Part shown: positions 26,009 to 39,508 of the stretch, in pieces | Numbering within the stretch: position 1 is the stretch's first letter | Layout of the letters: the number at the start of each line of letters is the position of its first letter | Assembly (NCBI RefSeq): GCF_035084215.1 | Contig: NC_090329.1 | Span: 42,036,001 to 42,100,000, forward strand | Source: Heptranchias perlo | Lineage: Eukaryota | Reading direction: 5' to 3' | Length of the DNA stretch: 64,000 bases | Program-made: the position numbers and the translations under genes | The notes under the pieces: model-generated | What the model was told of the DNA's origin: nothing | The model's input: the letters and a program-made list of their open reading frames with translations, nothing else | Databases searched by the model: none

Positions 26009-26570
26009 GGCCCAGATTTTGCTGGAATGGGGCATCTCGTGACATGCCCTCTTAGTTACAGCTCTTCCCTCAACCTTCAGCTCAAAATTTTTTTGCCCCG
26101 TAACTTGCTGGAAGTGCGAGATGATAAAGGCACGGCGAGGACAACGGGGTATCTGGGACATTAGTGAATGACAGGACCGACAGTCTATCTCCTTAATCAA
26201 TGAGATTTAAGGATTGAGAAAGAAACAGAGGAATGATGGAGAAGGAGGGTGAATTAGAGTCAAATCATGTACAGAGAGAGAAATAATGAGAGAGAGAAAG
26301 GGAGAAAAGAGACAGAAAGGAAAAGTAAGATTTAAAAAAAATTTTTAACTATTAAAACTATTAAAAATATTTAACAACAATTTACTACCAGTGGGAATGA
26401 GACTCCACGGTTTAAATTGTTTCCTTTCTGGGATGGAGAGGTTGAGCGGCATTGCAGGAACATAAATCTCCTCACTAAAAAGGTACTTTCACAAATTGCT
26501 GGTCGATTTACACACTAATAACGGCGAGCGCCATTAAACTCATCATTATTTTGGCAGCAAATTCTGAGCC
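26009..26570. mobile_element. Non-autonomous Harbinger-type element (same family as 6711-7636)
   Basis: TIRs GGCCCAGATTTTGCTG / CAGCAAATTCTGAGCC; TSD ATT/ATT. Confidence 0.85.
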
Positions 26571-26873
26571 ATTGTCTTTATATTTTGTTGGATCCTTTGA
26601 GGAAGCAAGTACTTACTATTTCTCGGTTTAGTTACATATAATATATATATATATATCCTGGGCAACTTTTTGAGTGACCTCCAGCGATTCCTTTCAGATA
26701 CAAATGGTGGTGCGTATGTGGCATGTGCTCCATCCATTTATGAGATGACTCACCTCTGGACACTTGAAAGTGGCTCTGTAAAGAAAAGGGATCACTGCTT
26801 CCTAAGGTCACCTACATTGTATACTATGATATTGGTGACGCCGAACTTAAATTTCTAACTTTGGGACTCACTG

Positions 26874-27469
26874 GGGCCGATCTTCAAGTTCCAGCTGAAG
26901 CAGGTGTAATGTCGATGGAGCACCTGCTGCTGGTGTTGGGGAGGCCTGAGCTATTTTCGGTTTTGGCTGCCGCCGGTGAGCTGCGGGCACCAAACGGGCA
27001 CCTCCACTGCAGCTTGCCAGATGTGCGAGGGAGGGAAATCGCATCGGTTCCCACGCTGAGTCTGCCATCAGGTTGGGTTTGGGGGCCCGGGGTGATCCTG
27101 TTCCTCCTGACCATAGAAAATGATAAATTATACATTTCCTGGGCCACTTTCTGAGCAGCTTCCAGTGGTTCCTTTAAGGTACAAATGAGTGGCGTGTGTG
27201 TGGTTCACAATCCACCCATTTGTACCTGAAAACTGCAATCTGGGTCCTACAACCAGCGTAGGGCACCAATTTGCATATCTAAGCAGCCTTCCGCCTGTTT
27301 TAGATAAGTGGGCTATCCGCCCATTTACAAGCTCGCCTGAAAATTTCTTTCAGGCAGGCCTCAGGCATCAATGAGCTGGCTGGGGTCCTTATCCCCACCC
27401 ACCCCCCCCCCGCCTCTGATTTTCAAATGCCATCTATTTTTCAGGCAGCCGGCAGTTGAAATCCGGCCC
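26874..27469 (-). mobile_element. Non-autonomous Harbinger-type element (family of 12974-13604)
   Basis: Ends GGGGCCGATCTTCAAG / GTTGAAATCCGGCCC; terminal similarity to the 12974 element in opposite orientation. Confidence 0.6.
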
Positions 27470-28371
27470 GTTCCACAAATAGAAACACAACTAACGTTGG
27501 AAACCTCACATTGTTGAATGAACTTGCTTAGCAGTAAAAGTACCATGTTAATACATATTGATATTATTCAATGTTTGCCATGTCTGTGAGTCACAGAGCT
27601 GGAACTGGAACAAGCTTCATCAAAAACAATTGGCTGGGAGATTTGCTTTCCAAATCAAATGCCTGACTTTCACCAAATGGGAGTATTCAAGCACACATAA
27701 TAGTCCCAATTATAATTACAAACAAAATTACCATTGAGAGCCCCACAGTTATTCTAATACATTTCACAGCAGATTTGCAGCATAGCTGTTGAATAACAAA
27801 ATTAATCTCATATTTGAGGAGCGACCTATGCAACTCATTGCCACCTGTGATGTGAAGAAATGATTGGATTCCTATTATGTGTGGGAAGCTGGTTCCAGCT
27901 CAGTGACTCACTGACAGTGCAAACATAGAACAATATTAACATATGTTAACATTGTGCTTTTACTGCTTAGCACCAGGTGCAACATTGGAGCAGCAAATGC
28001 ATTCAACAGTAATAAGTTGGCAATCTGAATGTGTATTTTATATTGAATGCAATTTATATTTTATGTGTATATATATAATGACTGTGCCGTCTGCTGCAAG
28101 GACACCATGGGTTGGGCACTGTCTGTGGCAGTAATGATCATGTTTTCTTTTGCCGGCATCCTTCTAGGCATGCTGCAATGCTGCCCAATGAAAAAGACAA
28201 CTTGGAGTGGAAAGCAAGGCCACCATCATCCCTACTGCCTTATTCTTCACCAGTTCCACTTTGCCGTTCGTGAAACAAAGGTTGGACTGTTGAACCGTTG
28301 CATCATTTGGCCTCAGACTAAGTTTCCTGCCTCCCCATTAATGATGCCAAGCATTTTTGTTCGCCAAGCAT

Positions 28372-29847
28372 TTTAAAGGAAGAGAGAGAGGTAGAGAGGT
28401 GGAGAGATTTAGGAAGGGAATTCCAGAGCTTAGGGTCTAGGCAGCTGATGGCATGGCCGCCAATGGTGGAGCGATTAAAATTGGGGATGCGCAAGAGGCA
28501 AGAATTGGAGGAGCGCAGAGATCTCAGAGGGTTGTAGGGCTGGAGGAGGTTACAGGTAGGGAGGGGCAAGATCATGGAGGGAATAGAAAACAAGGATGAG
28601 AATTTTAAAATCGAGGCGTTCCCGGACAGGAAGCCAATGTAGGTCAGCAAGCATAGAAAAGCAGTATATGATTTAAATGGAGAGAGATTGCAGAACTCTG
28701 AGGTACAGAGGGATCTGGGTGTCCGAGTACATGAATCACAAAATGTTAGTATGCAGGTACAGCAAGTGATTAGGAAGGCAAATGGAATGTTGTAAGTTAT
28801 TGCAAGGGGAATGGAATATAAAAGTAGAGATGTTTTGCTACAGTTGTACAGGGCATTGGTGAGACCACATCTAGAATACTGTGTGCAGTTTTGGTCTCCT
28901 TATTTAAGAAAGGACATAATTGCTTTAGAGGCGGTTCAGAGAAGGTTCATTCGACTGATTCCTGGGATGAGGGGGTTATCTTATGAGGAAAGGTTGGACA
29001 AGTTGGACCTGTATACATTGAAGTTCAGAAGAATGAGAGGTGATCTTATTGAAACATATAAGATCCTGAGGGGACTAGAAGGGGTAGATGCTGAGAGGAT
29101 GTTTCCCCTTGTGGGAGAGACTAGAACTAGGGGCCACAGTTTAAAAATAAGGGGTCTCCCATTTAAGACGGAGATGAGGAGAATTTTTTTCTCTCAAAGG
29201 GTCGTGAGTCTGTGGAACTTCCTTCCCCAGAGAGTGGTGGAGGCAGGGTCATTGAATATTTTTAAGGCTGAGTTAGATAGATTCCTGATTAACAAGGGAG
29301 TCAAAGGTTATAGTAGGTAGACGGGAAAGTAGGGTTGAGGTCACAATCAGATCAGCCATGATCTTATCAAATGGCAGAGCAGACTCGAGGGGCCGAATGG
29401 CTCTTAATTCATATGTTTGTATGTTCGTACGTATATATGGGGTGATGGGTAAACAGGACTTGGTATGAGTTAGAATATGGACAGCAGAGTTTTGGATGAG
29501 CTCCAGTTCATAGAGGGTGGAAGATGGGAGGCCGGCCAGGAGAGCATTGGAATAGTCAAGTCCAGAGGTAACAAAGGCATGGATGAGGGTTTCAGCAGCA
29601 GATGGGCTGAGGCAGGGGCGGAGATGGGCGATGTTACAGAGGTGAAAGTAGGCTGCCTTGGTGATGGAGTGAACATGTGGTCGGAAGCTCATGTCAGGGT
29701 CAAATAGGACGCCAAGGTTGCAAACGATCTGGTTCAGCCTCAGGCAGTGGCCAGGGAGAGGGATGGAATCGATGGCTAGGGAACGGAATTTGTGGCAGGG
29801 ACTGAAGACAATGGCTTCGGGCTTCCCAGTATTTAGTTGGAGGAAAA
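28372..29847 (-). mobile_element. L2 LINE fragment interrupted by a CR1 (28657-29430)
   Basis: SFRPHVHSITKAAYFHLCNIAHLRPCLSPSAAETLIHAFVTSGLDYSNALL and KLWNSLP; homologous to 52630-53330. Confidence 0.9.
28657..29430 (+). mobile_element. CR1 (HER1-like) 3' portion
   Basis: ORF 28811-29320: LYRALVRPHLEYCVQFWSP...TRGHSLKI...FFSQRVVSLWN. TTCGTATG-type tail. Confidence 0.95.
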
Positions 29848-29999
29848 ATTTAGGTGTGATGAGCGCACTAGTGGTTGGAGTCGTGCTAATAACGGAGGCC
29901 AGATTGGAAAATCTACTACACTGAATACAATAAAAATATTAGACGGCTTTGTAATTACAACCAATAATTTTATCCCCCTACACGCTCATATACCTTTAA

Positions 30000-30405
30000 G
30001 AAAGAAAGAACATCTATTTATATAGCGCCTTTCATGCCTTCAGGACATCCCAAGAGTTTCACAGCTAATGAATCACTTTTGAAATGTTGTCATTGTTATT
30101 CTGCAGGCATATGTGGCAGCCAATTTGTGTACAGCAAGGTCCCACAAAAAGCAATGAGATGAATAACCACTTAATCTGTTTTGAATAGTGTCAGTTGAGA
30201 GATAAATGCTGGCAAGGACAACTCCCCAGCTCATCTTCAAATAGTCATGGATTTTTTATAAACTTGTTTTTAATGTGTCATCCAAAAGATGGCACCTCTG
30301 GTAATGATGCCCCACTCCCTCAGTACTGCACTCAAGTCCTGGAGTGGGGATTTTACCCATGACCTTCTAACTTAAACGCAAGAGCACTGAGCCAAAGCTG
30401 ATACT
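30000..30405 (-). mobile_element. DeuSINE (SacSINE1/AmnSINE1-like) with an L2-derived tail
   Basis: Deu-domain-like core (reverse complement CTTGCTGTACACAAATTGGCTGCC; CAGTACTGAGGGAGTG) and tail AAGGCGCTATATAAAT shared with the L2 end at ~53440. Confidence 0.75.
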
Positions 30406-31516
30406 TTAAGTGGCTCAATCCCTTTAAATTTACCCATCACCCATTGTGAACAGCTATTTAAGTAGCCCTTTAAGTGCTGCTTAAACACGATTTCCTGCTC
30501 CTCTGGCAAGCTCCCAATGTGATGCCCAAAATGGAGCCAGGAGTTCACCCACACTATGCAAATGAAGCTGACCCTAAGATTTAGGTGTGATGAGCATGCT
30601 AACGGTTGGAGTCATGCTAATAATGGAGGCCGGATTGGAAAATCTACTACCCCGAATCTAAACAGCACTGTTTCGTTATCAGAATACTGACGCTTTTGAG
30701 AAATCCAAAGAAAGTCCAAGTTACAAACAGTAAATCCAAGGCATAGAAATTGGAAAGGTTTTAGCCCCTAACAGTTCTTTGTTTATTCGGATATTACTGC
30801 GATTGAAATAATTTTAATAAAACTCCAGAGACCCTTTTTGGTTTTTTTAACAAAACATCCAACATTTTTAAAGAGGCTCATTTAGGTGTGTTTACATGAT
30901 AGACTATTTTAAAAACTGCAGAGGACATTCAGTACTTGGAAGTGTGTTGAGAACATAATACATGAAAGCTTAATTCATGTACCTTATATCTTCCTAAGAC
31001 TAAGCTTGTGTGAACTCTACATCTTCGTAAGATTTCCGTTCATTCTAAATCATTTGTTTACACTGTACAACTGCATGACTCACTCCATCAGCCATCTGTC
31101 CGTCGGCAGAGCATGTACATGTACTGTAATGTATTGTATTGTCAGCACCGTGGATGGATCAAGAACAATAGGCGAGGAAGGTAAGTGGTATTAGGTACAG
31201 GGCAGCTTCTAATCAGCTTTTGTCAACATCATCAGAATTTAGCCTACTTACCCGAGTTCTGCCCAGTTTTATTCTTACTGCTGCCTAGTGAAAATGCAAT
31301 TATGTAAGATGAGGATTATATAAATAGTAGAAAGGTCAAGGCTATTCAATACTTTAAAAAAAAATTGAACCCAATTTAAAGAAAAAACAAGTGCAAAAAG
31401 TGCAGGCAAACCTCAAGCATGTATTGCAACTTGTTTTTGGGGAACCACAGAACGATTATCTTCCCCTTTCCAGCCTAGTAATACTGAGATTAATTGTTGC
31501 ACCTCTCAAAGCACTA

Positions 31517-32115
31517 ATAGGAACATAGGAACAGGAGTAGGCCATTCAGCCCCTTGAGTCTGTTCCGCGATTTAATCAGATCATGGCTCATCTGTACCTC
31601 AACTCCATTTCCCCGCCTTTGATCCATATCCCCTGATACCCTTACCTAACAAAAGTCTATCTATTTCAGTCTTGAAAAATTTAAATTGACCCGGCATCCA
31701 CTGCCTTTGGAGGAGGTAATCCAGATTTTCACTACCCTTTGTGTGAAAAAGAGCTTCCTGATTTCAATCCTAAATGGCCTAGCTCTAATTTTAAGATTGT
31801 GCCCCCCTGTTCTGGATTCACTCACCAGAAGAAATAATTTCTCTATATCTACCCCATCGAATCCTTTTGTCATTTTAAATACCTTGATTAGATCACTCCT
31901 CAACCTTCTAAACTCAGGGCAATACAACCCACGTTTATGCATCTTGTCCTCATAATTGAACCCTTTACGCCCTGGTATCATCCAGCTGAATCTGTGCTGT
32001 ACCCCTTCCAAGGCCAATATATCCTTCCTGAGGTGAGATGCCCAAAACTGAATGGAATACTCCAGAGGGGTCTGACAACTGATTTGTACAACTGAAGCAT
32101 AACATCCCCACTTTT
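31517..32115 (-). mobile_element. CR1 3' fragment
   Basis: LEYSIQFWASHLRKDILALEGVQHRF...FFTQRVVKIW; TTCCTATG tail. Confidence 0.9.
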
Positions 32116-32149
32116 GGACCTCTCTCAAGGGTTCTCCTTGGCTGTGGAC

Positions 32150-33660
32150 CTGTCACTCATTCCATGCTGGACTGTGATTTTACAAATCCTTCATATATTG
32201 CTACAGGGATATCAGTGCTGCACTTCTGCAGAGTCTCTGCTATATCATGGACGGTGCTCTGAACATTCTCAAAGCATTGCATAAAGTGTTTTTGCTCTAT
32301 AGGCAGGCATCTAGTGTGCAGGGGGATATCTAGGCCTGGGCCTCTCTTTTGCTGATACCTGTTCCTCTACTGCCACCTCTATTTGCCCCTTCTGAGTTGT
32401 GCTGAGTGCTTCACCAATTGCTCCCTCCTAACCCTGACTAAGTGAACTCTCTGAGGTGGATGTATCTAAGCTGGCGCTTGTGCGTACAGGAGTGTGCAAT
32501 TGGTGCTTGTAGAGTAAACCAGCTTCCTGATGCCCTCCAGTGCCAGGTACAACATCTTGGAGGACCCCGGTGAAAGGTAAAAGGAAAACTATGTTGCGTG
32601 TATGAAATAGCTGGGCACAGAGGGGTAAAAATTCAGTTTCTCCATTGAGAGCACAAAATTGTAAAATTTCACACCTCAATTCCATTTTCTCTGGCCATTA
32701 AAATTCAATAAAAATCGAGAGCTAATGGTCCACTATTTTGCAATAACTAGAAATTCTACTCCAGAATTCCCAGACTAATACACTGATTACCGAACTACTG
32801 TTGTGCAGAATGAGCCTGGATCTTAGTGAGTGAGTGAGTTTCAAGGAGGTCCAAGAAGAAGTGAAGCAGAACACTTGCCTCATTGAACTGTCACAAAGCG
32901 GCCAAACTCTCTCTCACACATACTCTCATTCACCGCCACTCCAACTATTTGCAGGGCTGCCTTCGCATGTCAAGTCTCTAGAGGTTGGTAGGGCTGCCAC
33001 CAGTCCTTGGTATCTCCTTTAAAGCCAGACAATAGATTCAGGTGCTGGCATTTGGAGGAGCAGAGAGTGCCAGCCCAGTGTCCAGCCTATGCCTCACCTT
33101 GTGTGAGTGAATGACAAAGAAACATGCAACTAATTTCAGGTCCCAGTTTCAATTAGTACTACAGTATGCAAACATTAGGTGTGATGTTGGAAGCATGTTT
33201 AGATGTCAGCCACAAAGTTTGCCCAGCAGCGTTAGGAACATAAAAGTATAGCTGTGAAAGATATGAAAGATTGTCATTGCTTCCTGGCCCCTTTGCTGAT
33301 GCTGCACCATGCTTGGGGGCACAGCACTTACAGCATGCAGACTATGGCTAGACACTATATTCGGACTGGCAAAGTGTGGACACACTTACCTTGGCACTCT
33401 TCCTCAGGTCAGAGAACTGCTCATCCCATGACCTATGGCCGTAGGAGACAGCACTGACTTTATGAGCCACTTTCTGCCATGTTTGCTGCACATTGTGATG
33501 CAGAGGAGGGCTCCCTTCAGCCTCAAATGTGCCTATTCCTTTGTTGCACCTCCTACAGCAGACCATCTAAACTTTCTTCATCAAAGGGGACATTGCTGGC
33601 CCAATTCCTTTGTCCAATCTTCCATTGCTGGCAGATTTTATGGAGCCAATAGCTTGAAGT
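32150..33660 (-). pseudogene. Highly decayed Harbinger Myb/SANT gene region
   Basis: TWQKVAHKVSAVSYGHRSWDEQFSDLRKSAK followed by donor gtaagt near 33389. The downstream extent is a guess. Confidence 0.5.
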
Positions 33661-34205
33661 GAGAGATGTGGCCTGTTAAGTGCCACCACTCTTCAGATAG
33701 TTCATTCTCTATCAATTATAGTGGTCCCTCTGCGCTGGGAAAATGCACAAGGAACATATTCAAATAATATGCATTACTTGACCTCGCTGAATCCAGCATG
33801 GCCATCGTCTTGCTCCAGTAGTGCAGAGCTTCAGAAGAATGCAGCGGTCCTGGCACCATCTCAGCTTGGAACGCTGAACTGGCTCTATCTGTATTGCTTA
33901 GGATGAGCAGTTCTCTGAGCTGAGGAAGAGTGCCAAGGTAAGTGTGTCCACACTTTGCCAGTCCAAATATAGTGTCTAGCCATAGACTGCATGCTGTAAG
34001 TGCTGTGCCCCCAAGCATGGTGCAGCATCAGCAAAGGGGCCAGGAAGCAATGACAATCTTTCATATCTTTCACAGCTATACTTTTATGTTCCTAACGCTG
34101 CCGGGCAAACTTTGTGGCTGACATCTAAACACGCTCCTAATATCACACCTAATGTTTGCATGCTGTAGTACTAATTGAAACTGGGACCTGAAATTAGTTG
34201 CATGT
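33122..34205. repeat. 305-bp inverted repeat (33122-33426 / 33901-34205) with a 474-bp spacer
   Basis: About 9 mismatches by manual comparison. Near-identical ORFs on opposite strands (MKDMKDCHCFLAPLL...). Confidence 0.95.
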
Positions 34206-34359
34206 AAAGATTTTTCTTTTGCCAAATCAATATATTAGTCTGTAGCTCTATTTGTGTTAAAAACAGTTTTATTTAGTTGCGCTACATCGTAAGTCATTGA
34301 TCAATTTTCAATAGTCCTCGAGTGTTTGAACGATAGAAACTTTGTTGTTTTTGATATTT

Positions 34360-35347
34360 GGACCATTGCTTTTCTTGATATATATTAATGACTTGGACTT
34401 GAGTGTACAAGGCACAATTTCAAAATTTGCAGCTTGCACAAAACTTGGAAGTGTAGTGAATAGTGAAGAGTATAGTGATAGACTTCAAGAGGATATAGAC
34501 AGGCTGGTGGAATGGGCGGACACATGGCAGATGAAATTTAACGCAGAGAAGTGCGAAGTGATACATTTTGGTGGGAAGAATGAGGAGAGGCAATATAAAC
34601 TAAAGGGTACAAGTCTAAAGGGTGTGCAGGAACAGAGAGATCTGGGGGTATATGTGCACAGGTCATTGAAGGTGGCAGGGCAGGTTGAGAAAGCAGTTAA
34701 AAAAGCATACGGGATCCTGGGCTTTATAAATAGAGGCATAGAGTACAAAAGCAAGCAGCTTGTGATGAACCTTTTATAAAATACTAGTTTGGCCACAACT
34801 GAAGTATTGTGTCCAATTCTGGGCACTGCACTTTAGGAAGGATGTGAAGGCCTTAGAGAGATTGCAAAAAAGATTTACTAGAATGGTTCCAGGGATGAGG
34901 GACTTCAGTTACTTCAGTGGATGGACTGGAGAAGCTGGGGTTTTTCTCCTTAGAGCAGAGAAGGTTGAGAGGAGATTTGATAGAGGTGCTCAAAATTTTG
35001 GAGGGGGGGAGGGGTTCTAGACAGAGTAGATAGAGAGAAACTGTTCCCATTGGCAGAAGGGTCAAGAACGAGAGGACACAGATTTAAGGTGATTGGCAAA
35101 GAACCAAAGGCGACAATGAGGAAAATATTTTTTACGCAGCGAGTATGATCTGAAAAAGTGGTGGAGGCAGATTCAATCGCGGCTTTCAAAAGGGAATTGG
35201 ATAAGTACTTGAAGGAAAAAAACTTGCAGGGCTACGGGGAAAGGGCGGGGGAGTGGGACTAGCTGGATTGCTCTTGCAAAGAGCCGGCACGGGCTTGATG
35301 GGCCAAATTACCTCCTTCTGTGCTGTAACCATTCTATGATTCTATGA
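34360..35347 (+). mobile_element. CR1 LINE 3' portion
   Basis: GPLLFLIYINDLD...ISKFA...WQMKFNAEKCEVIHFG; TTCTATGA tail. Confidence 0.93.
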
Positions 35348-35657
35348 TGACCTCAAAAATAATCCCTTTGGATTTTGTGCTTAGAAACGCATTTTGTAAT
35401 TTTGTGAATTGTTTCTCAAACGCATTTGCAGCCATTGTGGAGAGTTTAGGTTTCTGCCATGTGCCTGTAATGAAGCCATTTTAATCTCTTTTTTGCTTGT
35501 TTGGAATAGGAGGGAAAATCTAACTTTCACATAACAAACACCTTAACTCTAGTAGTTAAGGCAGAAGTGTCTTCCCCTCACAACCTGCAGGATAACCCTC
35601 CTCCACCTCAGTCTGCTTATGAAAACTGCCATCTAACTGTGAACACAGCAAAAGCAT

Positions 35658-35834
35658 GGGGTAATTTTAACTTTTGGCGATATTGTAAGACGAACGATAT
35701 CGGTTCAACCGCCCGTTATACATCTCGTCTGATTTTCCATTCTGCCTTAGAAAGGAAAATCGAGTGGGGTGTATAACGGACAGCCTATCCGCTAGCGTCC
35801 GTTTTACAATATTGACAAAAGTTAAAATTACCCC
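35658..35834. mobile_element. Palindromic MITE
   Basis: GGGGTAATTTTAACTTTTG / CAAAAGTTAAAATTACCCC with inverted arms. Confidence 0.85.
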
Positions 35835-36684
35835 ACACTTTTGCGAAAAGTCTGAACAGTGACATTCTGAAATGCCATTCCGGGACACTATAAATGAACA
35901 GCCCTCTTTCCTATTTATGATGTTACTGAACGTGAACTTTATGATTTCGCTATAGGGAGAGTTCCAGACAGAACAGGGCCAATATATCCTTTGCTCAATG
36001 CTCCATGTGCACCAGTTCCTGAAGAAAATGGGTTGAGACCTGTAACACCAGGTCTCCATCCCAGTGGTACGTGATGTGCATTCATGGCTGGGAGGAGCGG
36101 GCGACAGAAACTCCTGCTTGAAACAGGCCAGAGGTTCATTATCATACTTAAATAACACGTGAACCCTTTTTTGACATCTCCCATGTCTTTTTACACCCTT
36201 TACGCCAGGTCGATAGCAATTGGAAACAATGTCCCCTTTACCTGGGTAGATAGATTGAAAGGGCCAAATTCATGGTTCTTTTAGCAGTTTTGAAGCCATT
36301 TCTGTTTTCTTTTCTCCTGGGACTTAGCTTCTCATGTGCTTTATAGTTTTCCAAGGAAGCTGAGATGACACTAAAATTATATGTATATATGTGTGTCTCA
36401 TAGGTGAAAAGTCTGTTTTCATCATTGCCAAATCAAAGCAAGTTCTATACACCAACCTAGATTTCCTGATCAGGATTGGTAAAAGTGGGCAGAGATTGTA
36501 ATGACAGATTTCTTCTCCAGTTCCTGTGAGTGGGGAACACAGGCTTTGGAACTGCCCGTCTTAAACAGGTGGCAACTTTATTTGTCATTTCCCAATATTG
36601 GGGTGTACATATCGTTGCTAGATCACACGAAATGGCACCCAGAGTTGCTAGGTAATAGTGAATATATGGAAGACCATGTGTTTT

Positions 36685-36817
36685 TGTTAGTTAAGGGTAT
36701 TAAGTATCACGGAACCAAGGTGGGTAGATGGAGTTAAGATACAGATCAGCCATGATCTAATTGAATGGCGGAACAGGCTTGAGGGGCTGAATGGCCTACA
36801 CCTGTTCCTATGTTCCT
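36685..36817 (+). mobile_element. Very short CR1 3' end
   Basis: AGATCAGCCATGATCT...GGCTGAATGGCCTAC...TTCCTATGTTCCTA tail. Confidence 0.85.
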
Positions 36818-39264
36818 AAAGGATACAGTAATGTTAAAGTAAGTGTATTTTAGTCATTTTTAAAAAAAGTTTTTAATTTTTCCTCACAAACCATCATAGC
36901 AGGAAATAGCAATTTTTTTTTAGAACAGGCTGGCCTTTCTGGCTTGAGTTTGTCTCTTCCTTTAAGTTAGCATTTCCCAGTACTCAAAACTGCAGAAAAC
37001 CTCACGTCTCAGTCTGTCCTTTCTCCGACAATCTTCAGACTTTTAAAAGCCATGATTCACATCACCTAGTCACGAGCTCTTGATTTAAGTCAACTCTCCT
37101 ACTTTTTTCACCTTCACTTAGGTTTGGCAATAGAAAATCTAAGCCTGGCCAGAACTGAGTCAACAATAACTTTTTAATAGGTTATTTGGCATGTTTACAA
37201 AGAAAAAAACATTTAGTAGATTACATGCACCGAGCAGATCCAGTGTCTATAACTTGGAAGATAAATGATTCTACAAGTGCATCATTTGATTAGATTCTGA
37301 TTCCCAAATGTTCCTGCTGTATTAAGGCATTATAACAATGTAATAACCAGACCTACAATTGAACCAGTGGTGATTTATTGAAACAGAATGGTAAATGTCC
37401 CCAAGGTGAAAACAGGATGTCGGTTACTTTACTTTCCACCATATTATGATTGTCTGTGTTTTTACTTTCATTTCAAATTTCCTTATGTTTAATGATTATA
37501 GTTGAGAAAACATCTTGTTAATGTTATTTTCTATTTGCAGCAATGTCCCTACGTTTTCTATTTTATGCAGCTTTTCTACTACTTTTCAAATTCAACTTCT
37601 AAACCTCATTTGAGTCAGCACTCTTCCAAGGAGAGGATTTTTCTAAGTAGTGCTCACATTTCTGAATTAGTAATGAATGATAAAATTTGCAATTTATATT
37701 CAGTCCCAGTTTTCACATTAGGTAACGATTTTGGTTATGGTAACACAATATATTACTTTATTTGAATTTTTATTGTAATTTAATGCAAACACTCACACAA
37801 CTTGAACATAAACGAGATTATAAGCCATCTGGCTGTCTTACTGGTGTTTGAGTCCTATTACAAGGAATGCACTCACATTATCAATATTACTTGTAGCAGA
37901 GATGCTGGTGCTGCAGACGAAAGCTTGGATCCATACTGCCACCTACTGTCCATTATTGTCAATGGTCCTGTACCATGGGAGGTGGTAAAATTCTTTGAAC
38001 ACTAATGCACTTCAGAAATCTATGTACAGTGGAAATTTATAGTGAGAAAAGCTATTGAACCAAGCGTTTCAAAGAAATTCCTTCAATTTACTTTTCAGGG
38101 AGCAATGAAAGCTGTGCAAGGATCCTCAACAGCTGGTAAAATCTAGAATGATAGCAAATGAAAGTTACGTTGCCGCAGTAAAATCAAGGGGATTAAATTA
38201 TTTCATAACTAATAATGAGAGCAATATACATCCAGTTTACATCGGTTTCTGACTTATGTTTCAGTCATGGTAGATTTCTGTTATTTTTATAATTTACTTT
38301 AAATCCTGGATATCTGAAATAAAAATAGAAAATGCTGGAAAGGCACAGCAGGTCTGTCAGGATCAGAACTCAGATACTGACAACCCTGTTGTGTATCTCC
38401 GATGCCTCAGATATTTTTATAAAATCCTGTGTATATACACTTTGAATTGGCATTTTTTGTAGTTGTTAAAATCCAGCACTGAGGACCAGGTATGGAATGT
38501 ACATAACCCTGCCAAGGTCATTGAGTGTGTTGTAATACATGTCAGGCATGAACTCTGTTTCTGTGAGGATGTCGGAGAGAGAGACTAATCCAATAACCTA
38601 ATTTTCCTGGTTGGGAGTAAATGATTGAAATCGTTGGCACACAGTTGGGCTCAGTAGTGATAATGGGAACTATTCAGCTAAATAAGAATATTACAATTCA
38701 TAACTATGTACCTGTCTTCATTATTTGAAGACTTCCTAATTCATATGACTTTGGATTAACTACAATGGCCCAATGTTTGAGTGTATACGCAAAACATTAC
38801 AATCCCATTCTGCACTTGCACGCCACCATTTTCCGTGTTTCATAATCACATTGCGAGGTATTTTTGTTGAGGATCATACCAGATTACAACCTCAAGTACA
38901 TGAATTGTGCTAATTTAATTCATTCAATACCTAAATCTAGTCTATAGGCACCAGAAGGTCAATAGGTTATCTGACACCCTCTCTGTGGGGAAGAAAGTGT
39001 CTATCCCACTTGGTACCTGTCAGCTGATACTGGAAACTTAAGTTTTACAGAGAATCACCGACATGAATCATCATTCTATTACTGTATTCCAATCCATATA
39101 CAAAAAAAAGCAAACCTGGGAGATCACCAGCCACATTAACACCAAGTCCTTCACCTATAGTAAGTCAGGAAGAGATTCCATGATATCAGAAGAAAGCAAA
39201 ACAAAATATAACTTACAATCGATAGGGAAGCAAAACCACAGATGATCAAAGTGTTGATTATTAA

Positions 39265-39508
39265 AAATTCATTCTCAGGGTATGGGCGTCGCTAGCATGG
39301 CCAGCATTTATTGCCTATGCCTAGTTGCCCTTGAGAAAGTGATGGTGGTCTTTCTAGTTGAACCACTTCAGTCCATGTGGTGAAGGTACTTCCACAACGC
39401 TGTTAGGTAGTGAGTTCCAAGGTTTTCACCCAGCGACAATGAAGGAACGACGATCTATGTTCAAGTCAGGATGGTGTGTGACTTGGAAGTGATGGTGTTC
39501 CCATATGT
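39265..39508 (-). mobile_element. Zenon-like LINE 3' end fragment
   Basis: Homologous to 42790-43030. Confidence 0.85.

Noticed and set aside
38315-38400. Possible Penelope-like hairpin remnant (aaaatgctggaa...cagcagg)
   Set aside because: Too short and decayed to support.
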